The notes under the pieces are model-generated. The model was given only the letters and a program-made list of their open reading frames with translations, searched no databases and was not told the origin of the DNA. Of a stretch of 64,000 nucleotides of DNA, positions 60,221 to 64,000 are shown piece by piece. The first letter of the stretch is position 1. Each line of letters opens with the position of its first letter. A program made the position numbers and the translations under genes. The DNA comes from Tubulanus polymorphus (Eukaryota; Animalia; Nemertea), in the NCBI RefSeq assembly GCF_964204645.1, contig NC_134036.1:2542001-2606000 (forward strand). Direction: 5' to 3'.

Positions 60221-63200
60221 ATGGATTTGTCGCCACAAGACTCGCGTCTCCTCCTGACTGTTACAGGTAAGCTATCTAATCGTATCATATTGATTCATTA
60301 AGAATGAGAAGTCGTCACTAGTAACTGATCATAATTTTACTGAATCGTTGAAGTCATCGAGAATGAGAAGGTCGTCATTAGTAACTAATCATAATTTTAC
60401 TGAATCGTTGAAGTTATTGAGAATGAGAAGGTCGTCATTAGTAACTAATCATAATTTTACTGAATCATTGAAGTTATCGAGAATGAGAAGGTCGTCATTA
60501 GTAACTAATCATAATTTTACTGAATCGTTGAAGTTATTGAGAATGAGAAGGTCGTCATTAGTAACTAATCATAATTTTACTGAATCATTGAAGTTATCGA
60601 GAATGAGAAGGTCGTCATTAGTAACTAATCATAATTTTACTGAATCGTTGAAGTTATTGACAATGAGAAGGTCGTCATTAGTAACTAATCATAATGTCAC
60701 TGAATCGTTGAAGTTATTGAGAATGAGAAGGTCGTCATTAGTAACCAATTATAATTCTAGCAAAAATCTAACTGAAGCAAAAAACTACAAAGACAATTTT
60801 CTAAACTATTTGTTTCTGTTTAAGTTTGGTTAGCCGTGCTTGCCGCGGTGGCTGCGCAAATGACCAATGCGACGTTAACCAATCAAGAATACGTGACACC
60901 GGTCATGATAAAGCAAGGTGGCGCTACCAGCATCAGTTACTGCCCCCAAACCGACGATAAAGAACCCGGATGTCACTGCGACTCAATTTGTGACCTGATC
61001 GGCCATTGTTGCCCGGAAGTACCTTGCGTTCAAATCACCAACGCGGATGACCTGGCCAGACGAACGGAAGTGATGCACAAACGCGTACACGTGACCTGCG
61101 CAACAATCCCCTTCCTTAACGACGACGGCAACATAGCAACCGAAGACTACCATTATTTCCTGGTAGGTGTATGCCCGGTTGAATACCCGGACACGACGGC
61201 CAGGGCGCTGTGTACGGACAACGGACAGGACGACGACTACCGCAACGGTATTCCGGTAATCGGACAACGAACCGGACTACCGTATCGGAACAAGCACTGT
61301 GCCGCGTGTCACGGTGAAACCGCCGTACAACCACTAGGCGAACCGGTCCTATACTGCCACAGCGACATCTACCGGAACGACAGCGAACTCTTGGAGTATT
61401 TGACAAGTGGCGCAATGAATCTGACACACGGAAGGAAACTGCCTCCGAATTGCCTACTGAAATTCGTAAAACCGCCACCAGGTGACGCTTCCGAGTCGAT
61501 ACTGCGACGATGCTCGCCCCAATGGTGGTACAGGTTTAACGGGGTAGGATTCTATCAGCCGATGAAACCGATACCCGCCGCTCAGCTCTACGCGGTTCTG
61601 TTCGCCATCGCTCGCAACACGACCGATTGTCTCTACTGTAACGGCATACACAAACCCGTCTCTCAAATACTCAACGGACAACTGGTCGAGTATCGAAACC
61701 AGTTCTGTATCACGTGTCTCAGCAACGGCGCCGCGGTCGACCCGGACACACTAGCCTGCCCGCGTCCGAATCCGTCAGTAGCGCCACCGCGGGCGACTGT
61801 CCCGATGTTCGAATTTGGTGACGAGGACGATCCGTTAGATGACATTGAACGGCCTCGCCCTGATTTAGAGAAAGCCTGTTACCGCCGATCGCTAGTTTAC
61901 AACTACGAGACCAGTAACTGTACTGAGTACGGATGTCCGTTCGGGTATCGCACGCAGCCAAACGACTCTAACACGTGTACGCTGGATGAACGATCCGTCA
62001 ATGTCAAGGTCACCGTACAAACGAAGGTCACGTTGAGGTCACGACGTCATGAATCGCCGCTGGAGTTCATCGTCCAGAAATACCGATGCGGACTGCGGCG
62101 AGGAGTCGACTCGCTAACAATCCGAAACGCCGAGTCCGTTTCCGAGTCCGGTTCGGCGATAGAAATTAACGTGACCTTGACCTCGCACTTGTACATGAAA
62201 CCGCTCGTAATGGCGGCGAAGAACTATAGCACGATCGACGAAATCGAAATTTTGATGTCGACGAAACGCGCCGCGTTGCGATGCGTGTTTAACGCGACCC
62301 CTAGCGGCGACGATTCTTCACCGACGGCTACATTTCTGCACATCACGCAGCGTGTGACGTCAGAAGTCGCCGCGTCGCCGACTAGAGTCACGTGTAGAAG
62401 TCGCAAGTTCATTATCGGTACTAACTCGAAATTCAGTTTGTATTGGTCACCGTCGTCAAACGATGCGTCGTTTCTGGGCACGATTTGCTCCGTCGAGGCG
62501 GACACCTGTTTAATGAAGGCGGCGCCACTGTACGGAAACCACACACGAATCACTGCGGCTTACACGGAATGCGCGACTACGCGTACCCGCAACAAAGTAC
62601 TGGGGACAATAAACAGAGGAGGGAGCGGGAGTCACCACCAGGGGGCGGCCGCTGTTCAAATAATGGCGGAGGCACTTAACATCGAAATGAACCTGCACGA
62701 AATAACGGGCGGGGCGACCTCTATCGTCGGTCTCTTGGCCGTTGTGGTCGTCCACGCCGTCGTGCCGGCGCTGAAATCCTCCACGCCCAGTTACATGTTC
62801 CTCAACGTCTGCCTGGCGGCCATCTTGAGCAACGTACTGCAACTATCGAATCAATTTGTCGCCGGTAGAGACAGTGTCGTCTGCGATCTGTACGCTGCTG
62901 GTAAACACTACGCCTGGCTGGCGATATTCGTCGCTTTAAACGCGATGGCCGTATCCACCGTACGCGAGCTCCAACACGCCGCTAGTGGCGACCTCCAGCG
63001 GCCAAGCGCGCGTACTCTCACCACGTTCAAGTACCTGGCTTACACTTGGTTCACCCCGCTGCCGATAGTCGGCGCCACGGCGTTTTTACATTTTCGCCCG
63101 ATCGTACCCACGCTTTACAAGAACATCTATAACATCGACGGCTTCTGCGAGCTCTCCACCGACGCGATCGCCATCTATACGCTGGGTATAGAAACAGGCG

Positions 63201-63571
63201 TTGTCTTATTGGTCAATCTAGCCCTATTCATATTCACGGTCTATCTAGTATTCGCTCATGGGGTCAGCCGGCCGTGGATTCGCAACCTGATATCAGTTCA
63301 TATACCAATGTTTGTCGTCATGTCGACATCTTGTCTGGTTATCTGGTTGACAACGGTGCTGATTGCCACAGGTAGTTCCGATAGTCTAATTCTGAAGATA
63401 TTTGTTATAATCGTCATAGGGTATTCTAGTGTAGTTACGACAGTAGCGTTCCTGTTGAACCCTCGAGTCGTCCGGTTGACCTACAAGCACGCGGTCGCCG
63501 CCTGGAGGCGTCGCGAGAAACTACGACAGCCGCAACAACGCCATCCTCCCTCTGCAGGGACTCGAACCTGA
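60221..63571 (+). CDS. Somatomedin-B-like, Cys-rich family-B (adhesion/Methuselah-like) GPCR; exons 60221-60266 and 60834-63571 (~927 aa)
   Basis: Exon 1 MDLSPQDSRLLLTVT ends G|GTAAG and splices to TTAG|CC, giving the signal peptide ...LLLTVTAVLAAVAAQ. SMB-like CHCDSICDLIGHCC, then two P-V...YRNxxC motifs, then a 7TM region with family-B-like marks (NVCLA in TM2, C..KHYAWLA in TM3, YTWFTPLP in TM4, ECL2 Cys). Confidence 0.88.
60298..60755 (+). repeat. 60-bp satellite, ~7.5 copies, filling GPCR intron 1
   Basis: GAATGAGAAGGTCGTCATTAGTAACTAATCATAATTTTACTGAATCGTTGAAGTTATTGA repeats in register with the 60-nt lines. Confidence 0.96.
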
Positions 63572-63881
63572 TGGCATCGCTACACTCAGCCACGGCACGA
63601 ACCCCTGCATCAGTAGACCGGGTGCGCATGTACATGCGCAGCTTTCCGAACGAAAACTGGCGGCACCAATCAGATTGCTCGTTGTATTATCGCTGAGGTA
63701 AATTTCAAGGAATAACTATAAATGGGAAAAACCCGGGCTAAAATAAAACGGGATTTCTGATTGGCTAAAAATCACATCATCTGAACTGCGCATGTATCTG
63801 CGCACACGGTCGATTATGGCAGGGTTTCGTGCCGTGGCAATCTCGATGCCATCAGGTTCGAATCCCTGCCGGGGGAGGATG
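63542..63881. mobile_element. 340-bp MITE with ~100-bp TIRs and a 9-bp TSD (Mutator-like), inserted in the GPCR 3' coding end
   Basis: CAACAACGC|CATCCTCCCTCTGCAGGGACTCGAACCTGATGGCATCG ... CGATGCCATCAGGTTCGAATCCCTGCCGGGGGAGGATG|CAACAACGC. Confidence 0.9.
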
Positions 63882-64000
63882 CAACAACGCCAGAAACTAT
63901 CAACAACACCTGATCAGCAAAAATAAGCAACCGCTACACCGCCAGAGACCCTTGTCACGCGCTACCCGATCAGCAAAAATAAACACCCGCTACACCGCCA

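Noticed and set aside
60348-60833. 161-aa repetitive ORF upstream of the GPCR
   Set aside because: It is a translation of the 60-bp satellite inside a GT-AG intron (60267-60833).
60836-60838. GTG start for the 911-aa ORF
   Set aside because: It lies 2 nt after a splice acceptor. An upstream ATG exon (60221-60266) completes the signal peptide in frame.
60983-62842. Antisense and alternative-frame ORFs within the GPCR genes (also within 20412-22738)
   Set aside because: They are shadows of GC-rich coding sequence with no independent motifs.

Overview
AT-rich animal genomic DNA. An invertebrate, probably spiralian, origin is inferred from gene content; the species cannot be fixed from the sequence. 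From left to right: (i) 1-20 kb is intergenic and repeat-rich, with two identical tRNA-Thr(AGT) genes and many MITEs and minisatellites; (ii) two convergent, single-coding-exon rhodopsin-class peptide-receptor-like GPCR genes (20.3-23.1 kb); (iii) a complete 18-coding-exon ADAM10/kuzbanian gene (25057-42823, about 887 aa reconstructed by hand), with a U12 AT-AC intron and candidate alternative cytoplasmic-tail exons; (iv) 47.6-57.7 kb is an accessory region holding a decayed Polinton/adintovirus-like remnant (pPolB N-terminus and a double-PC4 gene), tRNA-derived SINE-like heads, and several unrelated tandem arrays that sit just behind splice-acceptor-like sites; (v) a two-exon somatomedin-B-like family-B (adhesion/Methuselah-like) GPCR (60221-63571) with a TATA+Inr promoter. 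Its last 9 codons and stop codon come from a 340-bp MITE flanked by a perfect 9-bp target-site duplication, and the pre-insertion C-terminus is still readable downstream. No prokaryotic features or CRISPR arrays were seen. All coordinates were counted by hand; no database searches were run.
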